A stretch of 63,002 nucleotides of DNA, the filler included, from Basidiobolus ranarum (taxonomy: Eukaryota): the NCBI GenBank assembly GCA_040143965.1. It is 47 parts of 47 records of this genome, joined end to end, with 100 filler letters (N's around TTAATTAATTAA, not from the genome) between each part and the next. Parts side by side here need not be neighbours in the genome. Positions count along the whole stretch, not along the records: positions 12,117 to 13,361 come from JASJQH010005833.1; positions 13,462 to 14,706 come from JASJQH010005834.1; positions 14,807 to 16,051 come from JASJQH010005835.1; positions 16,152 to 17,395 come from JASJQH010005836.1; positions 17,496 to 18,739 come from JASJQH010005837.1; positions 18,840 to 20,083 come from JASJQH010005838.1; positions 20,184 to 21,427 come from JASJQH010005839.1; positions 21,528 to 22,770 come from JASJQH010005840.1; 39 more parts are not named here. One strand, 5' to 3'. This document shows, piece by piece, positions 12,757 to 25,456 of the stretch (positions are counted from its first letter, which is position 1; the number at the start of each line of letters is the position of its first letter). The position numbers were made by a program, and so were the translations under genes. The notes beneath the pieces were generated by a model. It was given only the letters and a program-made list of their open reading frames with translations, did no database searches and was not told the DNA's origin.

Positions 12757-13461
12757 GAGAAGGATCTCCTACATAAGGGTGGTATTCTAGGTAGAGCCCA
12801 TCAATATCATCAGCTGATTCTGAGTCAGTGTCACATAAGAGTTATCATGGGATCTACATGATATTTCCAGCAACAGATGGCAATTTTAGCTTATTATAAG
12901 CTGTTTCTAAGCAATTTCATTACACCATGTTTACCATCTGAAAATTTCTATGCAATTCAAAAAGCATTCAAAATCTAAATCAAAATTGGATTGCAAGCCA
13001 AAGTCTGTTAGCATGAAAGGAAAAAAACCAGCAAGAACAGAGGACTTAACTGATGAGCAGTCTAGCAATCCACTATCTACTTTGGAAGGCATTAACATGC
13101 CCAAAACAAACTCAAGTAATGATGAAGCATAAATCAATTTACCAGATGTGTTCCTTTGCAGTGTTATTGCAAGTGAAGAGATTGTTATCCCCCAATTAGG
13201 TGGCAAATCAATAGTTGAGCAAAGTTCAAACAAAACACCATCAAGACCATCAACTTCCAAAATGGCTATGAATGTCACCATGACAATCTAGCAGAGCTGA
13301 ATATGTGTTGGACCATTAAGCCCACACAATAACCCAAAATTGATTGGGCACAGGAAAGTAGNNNNNNNNNNNNNNNNNNNNNNNNNNNNNNNNNNNNNNN
13401 NNNNNTTAATTAATTAANNNNNNNNNNNNNNNNNNNNNNNNNNNNNNNNNNNNNNNNNNNN

Positions 13462-14706
13462 TTGGCATAAAGGTACTACAAGTTCTGTCATTTTATTGGG
13501 CACTTCATTAGGCAGAATTTTAGTTAAAGGGTCCACAGGAATGCTATTTTCTTCATTGCATTGATATGAATCAGGAGAAAATTAATTTTTGTCAACATTG
13601 GAGGTCATTTTGGCTGATTATTTTTTGTTTTATTAAACAAAAATCCCTAGACTCGAATGACTTTGAACCTTTGGTATCATGGAGTCTGTAGGCCTTAGTT
13701 TGAGTACAATAACCCAAAAATATGCATTTCTTACTTTTTGGATTAAATTTAGACTGATTTTAGGTCACAATTTTGACATCAGCAATGCATCCAAAGAACT
13801 TCAAATGTTTGACATCAGGTTTAACTCCAAACCAAGCTTGATATGGTGTAGAGTTAGAAAGACTTCTAGTAAAGCTCCTATTCTTCAGATACACAGCTGT
13901 AGCTACAGATTCTGCACAAAAGTTATGAGATATATTTTGTGCATTTATCTTAGATCTAACCATTTCTATTATTATCCTGTTAGTTCTTTGGGCCACTCCA
14001 TTTTGTTGAGGTGAATAGGGGGCAGTAGTTTCTTGCTTAATTTTATGAACTTTGCAAAAGTGCTTAAGTAGTGTTGAATTATATTCTTCACCATTATCAG
14101 TGTGCATTTTCTGGATTTTAGTTCCAGTTTGAGTCTCCACAAGTGTTATAAAATCTCTAAAGATAAAGAGAGCTTCTTTTTTTCCGTCAAGTAGACCCAA
14201 ATGTTTGTTATACAATCATCAATATATATGATTCAATATCTTTTTCCACCTAAAGGTAAATTTTGCATAGATCCACACAAATCTGAATGAATTAGATCCA
14301 ATTTTTTGACAGATTCAAGTGGAACAGAGCTCTTGAATGGTTGCCTGACTTGTTTTCCATATACATAACCCTCACAAATTTCCACTTTGGTTGGGGGTTA
14401 ATATGAATTCCTGTAATCAGGCAATTTCTGATCATTTTGCTCAAATAATCAAATATCATATGGCCAAATCTCTTTTGCCATAATTGAATAGGTTCTTGAT
14501 TGGAATAACTCATCTTTACACATTGGTCTCTTGAACTATCTGTAAGTTTTTATAAGTTCTGATCCTTTTCTCCCAAAGCTAAATAATTCCCATTTTGATC
14601 AGTGATGGTGCATCCTGACTTGTCAAAAATTGAATTTTAGCCCTTCTGAGGTGGCCTTGCATACTGATATTAAACTCTTGGCAGTATCTGGAACATGCAG
14701 TACATC
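13462..14706 (-). mobile_element. Ty1/copia integrase region, degenerate
   Basis: LWQKRFGH, TDNGEEY, PYSPQQNGVAQRTNR, HLKFFGC. Confidence 0.9.
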
Positions 14707-14806
14707 NNNNNNNNNNNNNNNNNNNNNNNNNNNNNNNNNNNNNNNNNNNNTTAATTAATTAANNNNNNNNNNNNNNNNNNNNNNNNNNNNNNNNNNNNNN
14801 NNNNNN

Positions 14807-14916
14807 GCCACTAGCGGGAGTCTACCTTTTGACTACTCTCTTAGCTGAAGCCTCTCGGGGATGGAAGCTTTGAGAGCGGTTATTTGTACCTGATTGTGTC
14901 AAGATAGCTGAGCGTG
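14807..14916 (+). ncRNA. Box C/D snoRNA candidate, copy 1 (5' end cut by contig start)
   Basis: Matches 15872-15981 with 2 substitutions in 110 nt. Identity stops just after box D and the terminal stem. Confidence 0.65.
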
Positions 14917-15848
14917 CTTTATTGTATTATCCTAGGTATATCTCAAAACGCTTTAGGAATCACCAGTCATGGTATCAACTTGTTAACAGTATTTAATAGA
15001 AATTTTCATATCGTTATTAATGTAGTAAGAGCTTGTCACAATTAAGTTGTATCACTCGAATCCACACAACAAGTACTGAATATAAGGTTGCAAGCTGCGA
15101 AAAAATTTACAATGTTCATCAGATAAACAACGTAAAATGCGGGAGAGATATGTTTTTAATCTTGCACGAAACAGTAAACAGCTGTAAGATGCATTCATAC
15201 AAACAGCATTTATTCAACCACCAAATTAGGAATCAAAGCTTAATCATTCATGCGGAAGAGGTTTCAAAACATGTTCTAATCAATATATTGTACTAATAGT
15301 ATATTTACAAAATTGAAGATGGTTTATTATGAAAATACATACTCTTTGGATAGCAAACTGATGCTGATAAAACTGAACTAATGTGATACTGTTGAGTACT
15401 CAAGGTCAAATACACAAATTCATGATATGTTTCTGAACTGTTTGAGTGTCCAGTTTTTTTCATTTACCTGCACTGGAGTTTGATTCAAACCTTGTTTATT
15501 TAACCTTCTCAAATTTCCAGTAAAAAAACCATTTCAAGCAGTGGGTTTTGTAATATGACCACACTATCACAAGCGTACTCTCGGGTAATATGACTTCATG
15601 ATATCCAATAATCCTCGGTGTCAATAAGTGGAATTTTAAAAGAGAGCCAGGCATGGATGTCACTTGCACTAGGTACGAATCCGGATCTCTGATCTGTTGT
15701 GGATGATCAAACTTCAGATAAAGGAAAACAAAAGGATTATTCGCATCTCCCATAGATGCACACAATCCATAAATAGTTGACCACCAACATTGTTGAATCC
15801 TCACGTCTTAGTTATAACCTAAGACTGCAATTACAAATAATATACATA

Positions 15849-15982
15849 TCACGCGCTGATGATATTGTGATGCCACTAGCGGGAGTCTAACTTTTGACTA
15901 CTCTCTTAGCTGAAGCCTCTCGGGGATGGAAGCTTTGAGTGCGGTTATTTGTACCTGATTGTGTCAAGATAGCTGAGCGTGA
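15849..15982 (+). ncRNA. Box C/D snoRNA candidate, copy 2 (about 134 nt)
   Basis: Terminal stem TCACGC/GCGTGA, box C TGATGA at 15857-15862, box D CTGA at 15973-15976 in kink-turn spacing, and internal CTGA motifs. Confidence 0.72.
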
Positions 15983-16151
15983 ATTACTATATTATTCTAT
16001 TCAAATTAATCCTCAACTCAAAAAGACCAAAGTACAGTTAGTAGAGTTTCTNNNNNNNNNNNNNNNNNNNNNNNNNNNNNNNNNNNNNNNNNNNNTTAAT
16101 TAATTAANNNNNNNNNNNNNNNNNNNNNNNNNNNNNNNNNNNNNNNNNNNN

Positions 16152-16398
16152 ATGCCTGAGGGTGATGGATAGTGCCAAATTGTGCCGCATAAATTTTAGA
16201 ATACTTTATCCAATATGATATATACAGCACAATCTGGCACTATCACAGAGAACAAGTCCATTAGGGGAAATGTGCTTGAAATTGATCATGCCAGAGGGTG
16301 CTGGATAGTGCCAAATTGTGCCACATGAATTTTAGAATACATAGTGCAACATGATAAATACAGCACTATCTGGCACTATCACCAAGAACAAGTCCAAT
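16152..16398. repeat. About 136-bp tandem repeat (2 units) with an internal GATAGTGCCA/TGGCACTATC inverted motif
   Basis: Units start at 16152 and 16288. Related sequence occurs at about 26920-26975 and 59230-59320. Confidence 0.75.
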
Positions 16399-17495
16399 GA
16401 TGGTGGTATTTATATCACCAAAGATTATGAGCATCACTCCAGAATGAAATATGTTGACATAAGACACCATTTAATTCAAGAGAAAGTTATATACAAAGTA
16501 GTGAGCTTTATTTATTTTCATATCAAAAACATGCTGGCAGGTAAACTAACAGAGCCACTGAAAACTTCCAGCTTCAAGAAGTTAAGAGTAGTCATAGGTA
16601 TCCCTAAAAAAAAATTCAAACTTGTATTTCATATTATTTTGTGACTGCTTTATAATGGTGTTGTGCTGGTATTGCAACAATTTTCTTACGGTTTCTCTAC
16701 CAGTCTTTTTTTCCTCTCATTTTCTTATGGTATTCCTACCCCTACATTTGTGTTTTGTCTAGTTTTCCTCTGGTATTCATTTGCATATTTTTCATAGGGT
16801 TTCTTTGTTGATATAACCACAATGTGCAATTGGAATAAAGGGAATTGCTTGATAATTACTATTGTTTCAACATCTTAGTTGCCTGCAACTGTTGTATATC
16901 TTTCAGAAACAGAAAGCAACATACCTATTGCCCCTATATTTTGTTTAGGAATATCTCTATATCTAAATAATGAGTATATCTTATTACCCCCCCTTATCTA
17001 CTAAATTTTATCACACAAGCTCCAGATTGTAACTCAAACAAATGATTTACCTCTCAATTTTGTAAGTTACCATATTATCTTGACTATGGTTCAACACATG
17101 TGCAAAAAATGTAACTCAAATTTTATACATTTACCACTCAAATGCTTATTTGTCACCTTCAAAATTCCTAGTTTCTTTGATATATTCTCCTGAATATTTT
17201 TATAGAGTTCTTCTTACCCAAGGTTTAGCTCATATCCAACATGAGTTTGTATCAATATCTCCATCAAAGCCCACCATTTTATTAATGTTGCTGAATCAAC
17301 ATTCTTCCAGCTATCTGGCAGATGCCCTGCAATATTGTGCCACTCTGTATTAAGTTCTGCCCAGATAGCTGCATGGTCAACACCACACTGAATGTNNNNN
17401 NNNNNNNNNNNNNNNNNNNNNNNNNNNNNNNNNNNNNNNTTAATTAATTAANNNNNNNNNNNNNNNNNNNNNNNNNNNNNNNNNNNNNNNNNNNN

Positions 17496-18739
17496 TTGTA
17501 TGTGCTTTCTCTACTAAAGTCCTATTCATCCTTTCTGCAACTCCATTTTGTTCTGCACTATATGGAATAGGATATTGCTGCTGAATTCCCTTTTCTTGAC
17601 AAAAGCTAGTCATGGCTTCATTGCTAAATTCAGTGCCATTATCACTGCATAGGTATTTGATTTTTCTTTGTGTTATGGTTGTGACCATTGCTTCATATAT
17701 CTTGAAATAATGAAACACTTCTCCTTTGCTTGACAGAAGATATGAAACTGTGAAGTGAGATTTATATTCAATAAAGATGAGTAAATATTGTCACTTACTT
17801 GGTGTCAGAATTTGCATTGGGCTACATTAGTCTGTATGAATAAGATCCAATAAATCTTTGGCTTTGCTAGCTACTTCTTTTGGAAATTGTTTTCTGGTGA
17901 TTTTCCCTTGAATACAGCTTTCACATTTAGTAATATCTGAGTGCTTAAGATCTATTCCAGTACATAGGCTATTTTTATATAATAGTTTCACACTATTATA
18001 GTTTAGATGACCCAAGTGCTGATGCCAAGTCATCAAGTTTCCAGAAGTAATTGTTGCAAAGTTAGAGACAGTCTCAGTTATTGGTGCAATGTCCAGGTGA
18101 TAAAGATTCCCTATTCTTGTTCCAGTTGCTACTATCAAGTCCTTTGATTTGTATATGGTTGCTTTTCCTTGGCTGAATTGGACATTGTAATGTTTCTTTT
18201 CAATTGCTCCAATTGAAAACAGATTTGTTGTAGATGATGGAATATATAGGACATCTTCCAAGGTTACTGTTACACTTTTGGTGTAACTTATTTGTAAGTC
18301 AAGTGTGACCTTTCCCATTCCATATGTAACCAGTTTGTTTCTTCCAGCTACCATGATGTCCAGAGGTTCTATTTCCTTATAGTCATGCATTATGTTTCTA
18401 TTGTGATACGTATGATCCCTTGCACCAGAATATAGAATCCATACATCAGCAGTCTTTTCCTGATTTAGAGGTTGCCATAAGTACATAGTGTTCATTTCCT
18501 CTTTCAGTGGTGTTATATGCTTCCTTTTTCTTTGAAACCCATTTCTTCTTTGATCTGCAACAATGTGCTATTTGTCCCAGTTTTACACATTTGTAATATT
18601 TCACAGTGCTCCTTTCTGGTTGGAGATGGTGATAATACAATGCTTGGGTAGGTTTTGTTGCATCTGCAAGCTGCCTTTTGTCTTTCCTTTCAAATTCTTC
18701 TTGACATAGATGAGTGATCAGATAATGCTGAGTAAGCTT
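17496..18739 (-). mobile_element. Ty1/copia gag-protease-integrase, degenerate
   Basis: Decayed knuckle, WILYSGARDH (DSGA protease), WHQHLGHLN, SDNGTEF, QNGVAERMNRTL. Confidence 0.93.
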
Positions 18740-18839
18740 NNNNNNNNNNNNNNNNNNNNNNNNNNNNNNNNNNNNNNNNNNNNTTAATTAATTAANNNNN
18801 NNNNNNNNNNNNNNNNNNNNNNNNNNNNNNNNNNNNNNN

Positions 18840-20083
18840 CAGATCTGAGTGTATCAGGCCCAATTTTTGATCAATTTTGCTCATTCCAGAGCCCACAAAT
18901 GGCTGTCTATGTTGCCTACCATATAGGCAACCTTCACATAGCTCCAGATCTGGTGGAATTATAATTTTTGTCCCAAAACCATCTGGTTTTTGATTAAATT
19001 TCTCTTATTTTCAGCTCCTAGATGACCCAGTCTCCTATGCCAGATTTTCCAGTTTATCTCTTTAGCTGTGGCAGTATTAACATGTTCATATATTGGCCTA
19101 ATATAATGAAGTTTATACAAGTTATTTTGCTTAGCTCCAGAAGCTATGTCATGCATTTATGATCCCTGATTGTACAGCCATTTTGATCGAAATTAAACCT
19201 ATATCCCTCTGATGTAGCTTTACTTACTGATAACAAATTTTTTTGCTATCTCAGGCACATATAGCACATTTTCCAGTGTCAAATACATGTCCCCAGCAAT
19301 GCTCCCAAGATCCACTTCAATTTCTCCCACTCCCAGAGCTTCTAGTAGCTGGTCATCTCCCATATAAACCTTCTTGTTTATGTCAGTTTTGAGTGTTTTA
19401 AAGCAGTTTTTTGGATTAGAGAAATGTTGAGGGGCTCCAGAATCAATTTACTACAACCTACAGTCTTGATCAGAGGTCACTGATAGGGCATAAATGAATA
19501 AAAACTCCTCTTTGGTTGAAACCTCATTTGCTTGTTCTGACTTCTCATTTTTGTTGTAATTTCTTGGTTTGTTACAACCATAGCATAAACCTGGTTTCCT
19601 TCTGTTGTAACCTTTGTACTTGTCAAATCTAAGTTTTCCAGCTCCAAAAAGAGCCACTTCCTAAGATTCTGTTTCCAAGTTGTTACTTCTGAGATGTTGA
19701 TCCATTAGCCTTGCCACCACAAACTCCAAAGACAACTTGTCAGATCTTGCTTCCAATGCTGTGACCAAGTTTGAGTACTGTTCTGGTAGACTACTTTGAA
19801 GAGTCATAATGACATCTTCTTTCTGTAAAGTTGCATCAATATTTTTAGTTGTTTTGCCAAAGATCTCACATTTGCAATATGAGCAACCATGCTTTCAGAC
19901 TTTTCCATCTTTATATTGAAAAATATTTGTCTGAGAAAGAGTCTATTAGCAAGACTCTTTGCTTCATAACACTCTTCCAATATTGTCCAAGCTTGATGGG
20001 AAGTCTTTGCATATTGAATATTCACAAGTTGTGAATCCTTCAAACTTTGACAAATGACATTAAAGGCCTTCTTGTCTCTTTTC
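18840..20083 (-). mobile_element. Ty1/copia gag-protease-pre-integrase, degenerate
   Basis: NRLFLRQIFF, IDSGAPQHF, IWHRRLGHLG. Confidence 0.9.
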
Positions 20084-20183
20084 NNNNNNNNNNNNNNNNN
20101 NNNNNNNNNNNNNNNNNNNNNNNNNNNTTAATTAATTAANNNNNNNNNNNNNNNNNNNNNNNNNNNNNNNNNNNNNNNNNNNN

Positions 20184-21320
20184 ATGGTCCAACCATTGTA
20201 TGCATTAAAGTACCTACCATGGAGTGATAAGGGAATTTCTGACCTTGATTTGAGTCATTTTGGGCCATATTTTATGAAATCTTGATTAACTTCATATTGG
20301 GATCCATTGGTGTTGATACAGGCTTGATATACTCCATATTGAAGCATTTTAGGATATCTAGAATCTATCTAGATTGATTTAGCAAGATTTTCTGATTAGG
20401 TTAATCTCTCTTGATTTGAATTCCTAGAAAATAACTTAATTCACACATATCAGACATCTAGAACCGGTTTGATAAGCTACTTTTCCTCATATTAAGTGCT
20501 TCTAGATTATTTGCAGACATGACCAAGTCATCCACATATAGTGCCAAGATGAGGATCATATTTCTGGTTGTTTTATTATAAACACTGTGATCTGCAGTAC
20601 TTGTTAGGAATTCTAGGGATTCCAATCGGAAGCTATCTTGTTGGACCATGCCCTGGGAGCTTGCTTGAGTTCATACATCAATTTATGCAGCAAACAGACC
20701 ATATCAGGGTGTTTTTGGTCAACTTGTCCATCTTTTAGCTCCCTATAGATCTCTTCTTCTAGATTTCCATTCAGAAAGGCTGTTTTTACCTCCATTTGAT
20801 GTAAATCAAGGTTATAGACAGCTGAGAGTGCTAGGATTGATCAAAAAGTGCTAAACTTAGCTACTGGAGCAGATGTTTCATGAAAATTCTCTCCTGGAGT
20901 CTGAAAATAACCACTTGCAACTAATCCTGCTATGAATTCATCAGCTTGGTTTGTGACTTTGTAGACCCATGGCTTTTTTGCATCAATTTGATTCTGGACA
21001 CTTCAGAGCTTGATTTATAGTCTGTGGCTTATTACAGAGTGCTGCATAAACATATACATTGTTTTTGGAAGTATTCTGCAAGTTTCCTTGCTTATTTCTA
21101 CTTCTGGACAATCTTCTGAGGCCCAAATCATCAACCAATGTAATTGGGACTTGAATAGACCGCAGTTACAGCAGAGTTTCTGTCAGGAAACTCCTGAATG
21201 GTGCGGATTATATTATCTGGATCAAGAACTATAAGTAGAGGCAAAAAATTTGCTTTTGATCAAAAACCACATCTTTGCACTTAATGAACTTTTGATTTTG
21301 GTTATCAAACAGTCTGTAGT
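20184..21320 (-). mobile_element. Ty1/copia reverse transcriptase, degenerate
   Basis: QMEVKTAFLNG, YELKQAPRAW, LYVDDL. An LTR (family D, TGTTGAAATTAGG) starts at 21321. Confidence 0.92.
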
Positions 21321-21527
21321 GTTGAAATTAGGTAAATAGCAACTCATTATTTAGTAGTTAGTTTATTCATATTCTGATTATTTAGCACTCAATTCTGTTA
21401 TTCAAAAACGTGTGTTTATTGCTCTAANNNNNNNNNNNNNNNNNNNNNNNNNNNNNNNNNNNNNNNNNNNNTTAATTAATTAANNNNNNNNNNNNNNNNN
21501 NNNNNNNNNNNNNNNNNNNNNNNNNNN

Positions 21528-22770
21528 GAGATACTCCCAAGAATGTGAAGGATGTCCAATCTTTCCATGGATTTCCAAGTTTTTACCAATGGTATGTTAG
21601 GAACCACATCAAAATATCTGCCCTACTAACAAACCTTACCAAGAAAGAACTCCAATTTGACTGCAACCATTCATGCTAATAAACATTTGTAACTTTAAAG
21701 AATGCTTTTACTTCAGCATCAAACCTGGAACACCATAAACTAGACAAATCCATCACTGTTGAAACTGATGCATTGGACTTTGCTCTAGGTGCAGTACTAT
21801 CACAGTATAGTGATGACAACTTACCACACCCTTTTACTCAAGAAAGTTCTCTGCAGCAGGAATCAACTATGACAACTATAACTAGGAACTGTTTGCAATT
21901 ATGGCTGCATTTGAGCAATAGCTACAATACTTGGATGGAGCAAATCATGCAATTATAGCCTTTTGTGATCCTAAGAATCTTCAACACCTAAGTAAAAACA
22001 AAGTTTTTGACTGCCATTAAGCAAGATGGTATTTATTTCTTGCCAGTTTTAATTTTTTGATTACAAATTGATGAGGTAGCCAGCAAGGAAAACCTGATGC
22101 CTTATTACATAGAGCAGAATACCAGTGTAAAGACAGGAGTGAGGCCTTTAGCCAATAAAACACAACACTACTGAAGCCCCATCAACTTTGAATTTGTGCA
22201 ACTGCTCTTTCTCTGCCAAGTTCATATTCATTTTGTGAACAAGTCTGCAAAATTCAATTGGAAGACCCATTGGTAATATCATTCAAAAAGGCCCAGGATA
22301 CACCCAAAGGCCTCACAATATTGAACATGTGCTACCATTTTGCCATCACCAATGATCTCTTGTTTTATAAGAAGCTCCTTTACATTCCAGACATAAGATT
22401 ATGCAGGAAAGACACTACTCACCACTTGCAACTCATTTTGGTATTGCTAAAGCATATATGTTAGCATCCAGGGATTATTGGTTGCACAGAATGTTTTTAT
22501 TTGTCAAGACTTATGTTTCCCTGAGATATTTGTGCTCAAGCAAAGACTCCAAGACATCAGCCCTATGGCCTCTTACAGCCACTTGTATTCCCTGATCAGC
22601 AGTGGAAATCCATATCCCTGGATTTCATCACTGACCTACCCTTGTCTGCCAAATATGATTCAATTTGGGTTTTGGTGACCATATAACAAGGATGGGCCAC
22701 TTTGGCCCTGCATCAAGTCAATTGAAACAAAAGAAACAGCCAAATTGGTAACTTCAAATATCATCCAACT
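21528..22770 (+). mobile_element. Ty3/gypsy RNase H and integrase N-terminus, degenerate
   Basis: ETDALDFALGAVLSQ, YSRKFSAAGINY, WKSISLDFITDLP. Parallels 54453-54968. Confidence 0.9.
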
Positions 22771-22871
22771 NNNNNNNNNNNNNNNNNNNNNNNNNNNNNN
22801 NNNNNNNNNNNNNNTTAATTAATTAANNNNNNNNNNNNNNNNNNNNNNNNNNNNNNNNNNNNNNNNNNNNT

Positions 22872-23048
22872 AATGTAGTGGTTGAAGGTCGTTACAGTGA
22901 GACTGAGAAGCTCTACGATATGGAGGAGAGCTCCATGGATGTCCAAGGAGGATTCAGTCCTGAGGACTCTGAAGGCTTCATTAAGATCCAAAGCATTCGT
23001 CTCAAGAAATTCGGACAATCAGTCGCCCGTAATGGCGGAAAGTTTTAA
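22872..23048 (+). CDS. ARG1: Argininosuccinate synthase, C-terminal 58 aa (not in the ORF track)
   Basis: NVVVEGRYSETEKLYDMEESSMDVQGGFSPEDSEGFIKIQSIRLKKFGQ...KF* matches the fungal Arg1 C-terminus (EKLYD..ESSMD...F.P.D..GFI.IQ.IR.KK). Confidence 0.88.
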   Translation, partial: NVVVEGRYSETEKLYDMEESSMDVQGGFSPEDSEGFIKIQSIRLKKFGQSVARNGGKF

Positions 23049-23623
23049 TGCAAATCGCATTTATTGGTAGTATAGTCTGTTGACTATCCACATATTGGCT
23101 ATATAGTTTCATGTGTCGAACTTCCTTTACTTGGTTGTTCCGAAAACTTGTTTATACTTCATTCTAATTCTCAGCAATAGCACTGATAGTAATTTCTTTC
23201 CATATCATACGCAGTAAATAAACTCTATAATCATCACTTTTTAGTATTTTAATACTTGGTGGCTTGTAACAATATTGAGTCCAACTTGCACCGAAAGAAA
23301 TCCCCATAATATCCTGAGCATTTTCTTGTTATAAGTACTTTCGCGGCTCTTCATCTTCACTTACGCAATATTGATACCAAGAACGGTTTATTGGTGGAAG
23401 GGGGTTAGCGTCAAAGCATTAGACATATCTCGCAAGCATTTCATCTTGATATCTTATCGCATTGGTAGCACTATCATTTCCTGATGTGCTTACGAATTAC
23501 CATTTTCCTAGCCAATGAAGAGATTTTCCGACTGCCCATTTAGTCCCGTTTTATTGATGAGATTCATAAAATATCAAAGTCTTGGTTAATCTATTAGTAC
23601 CTCCATGATATATCATCTGCTTA

Positions 23624-23869
23624 TGACTCACCAAACGATGTTCACCTCGGTTGGTCTTTTATTGGTAAGTGTAGAAAATGTGATCTGAAATTCGTAGACA
23701 AATCGACAAATTGGTTGTTGAAAGCATAGCTATTTAGATAAATAAGGGTAAGAACACTTCAATGCCGAAATAAACTACGAGTGTTGTAACACTAATGGAA
23801 AGATCCGGTCCTCTCGAACACCATTCTATATTTTACACCAATCAGTGACCATTTTGAACATATATAAAA
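23624..23869 (+). promoter_or_regulatory. ARG1 promoter motifs: TGACTCA (Gcn4/CpcA-type), CCAAT, TATA
   Basis: TGACTCA at 23624-23630, CCAAT at 23838-23842 and TATATAAAA at 23861-23869, upstream of the ATG at 23952. Confidence 0.55.
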
Positions 23870-23951
23870 TATGTGTTAGGGCCCCTTACTGAAGTATCAT
23901 CGGTTGAATCATCTTTCGATATTACCTCTGAACCTTACCTCATTCTCAATT

Positions 23952-24113
23952 ATGTCTCAAGGAAAAGTTTTATTAGCTTACTCCGGTGGTCTTGATACCT
24001 CCTGCATTCTCGTTTGGCTCATAGAACAAGGATACGAAGTCCTTGCTTACCTTGCCAACGTCGGCCAAGAAGAAGACTTCGACGCTGCCCGTGAAAAGGC
24101 TCTCAAGATTGGT
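23952..24113 (+). CDS. ARG1: Argininosuccinate synthase, N-terminus (runs off the contig)
   Basis: [23 protein letters not shown]...ANVGQEEDF, containing the PP-loop signature AYSGGLDTS. Confidence 0.96.
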
Positions 24114-24639
24114 NNNNNNNNNNNNNNNNNNNNNNNNNNNNNNNNNNNNNNNNNNNNTTAATTAATTAANNNNNNNNNNNNNNNNNNNNNNNNNNNNNNN
24201 NNNNNNNNNNNNNGATGCTTCAGTAACTCCTTCAATTGATGTGCTTGCAGAGAGCTTTGCAGGCCACAAGACCACCAATACTCACAGTTGACTCTAGTTT
24301 CCTATTATGCTTGATTCATCATTTTTAGATCAGCAAATTATTCATTCAATCATGTAAGCTTCTAATTGGGTGAAAATGTGAACGGATTGAGCCATATTGA
24401 GCCAATATGGCTGTGCAAGCTTTTTATTGACAGACATTTTTCATTTGATTGTAGTGAAATTGCTTGTATCAATAGGCTATCATTGATTTTTTTGATATAT
24501 GACAATTTCATGCTATCAGTGTTTCATAAATACATAAGCAATCATGATCTAATTAATGCAATTTATGCTATACTTAACTGCAATCCATATCAATTTTGCA
24601 TGATGTACTAAACAGTAAAGATAGGATAATGTAAGTATT

Positions 24640-25456
24640 AACAAGAGTATTCAGCAGTTGCCTAGGTTTGAAGCAGTACATGCTGATTTGCTTCTGTTAC
24701 TTTTGTTGTCTCCTTGATATTTCCATGGAAGGAACTTTGCTTGAACTTCTGCACTGAGTTGATCAGTTTAATTCTGCTGAAGTTCCTTTACCTCAGCCAG
24801 CATGAGTTGTGGCTTGAGATCAACGCACTGTGGTATGCCTTGGCTCATCCAGTCTAGTTTGTGGTTTGTTTGTATCTACAGTCTCTTCTTCAGATGTGGA
24901 GCCTTCACTTAATGGGTCAACCAGCCATTGCTGCTGGCACACAGCTCTACACATTGACCTGGAATGTCTCACTTGAGGTTTGTGCTCGACAGCTACTGCT
25001 TCTTCAGCCACGGTGGAATCTTCATCTCTTTCAACTAGCTGTGACTGTGGTCACATGGCAGTACTTGTTGAAGCAAGCTTCACTATCTATCTCAAACACC
25101 GGTTGTCTTGGTCTTGTGAGGGTACATGTTGTCATGGATTGCTGTCTTAGTAGATTGCTCTCACGTGTCAGATCTTTATCTAACAAAGTAGAAGGTTCAA
25201 TAATTCTTGTGGCTGGCCTTTGTTGCTGTGCCGTGGTTGTATGCATTAAACCAGTATGTCTTTCTGGTGGCATGCTGCTTGGGGCTGACTCTTCTCCAGA
25301 TATAAAAAGCTCACTGGTTGGTTTGGTTGAATCAGGTAAAATGCACACTACAATGCATGAGAAAGTGGGCCATCCTCTTGCCGGTTCTTCATCAACTGCT
25401 TGCTCTTCATCAAAAACGGGAGAAACATCACAGACTCTTCCAAGCTGTCATTGCTG
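24640..25456 (-). pseudogene. S/T/Q-rich accessory ORF remnant of the CACTA-like element
   Basis: Homologous to 27840-28142 and 50100-50637. Confidence 0.5.

Noticed and set aside
14813-14845. GCGGGAGT...TGACTACTCTCTTAG resembles the LSU rRNA helix-69 region
   Set aside because: The similarity is short, gapped and in sense orientation with no surrounding rRNA sequence. The C/D snoRNA reading explains the boundaries better.
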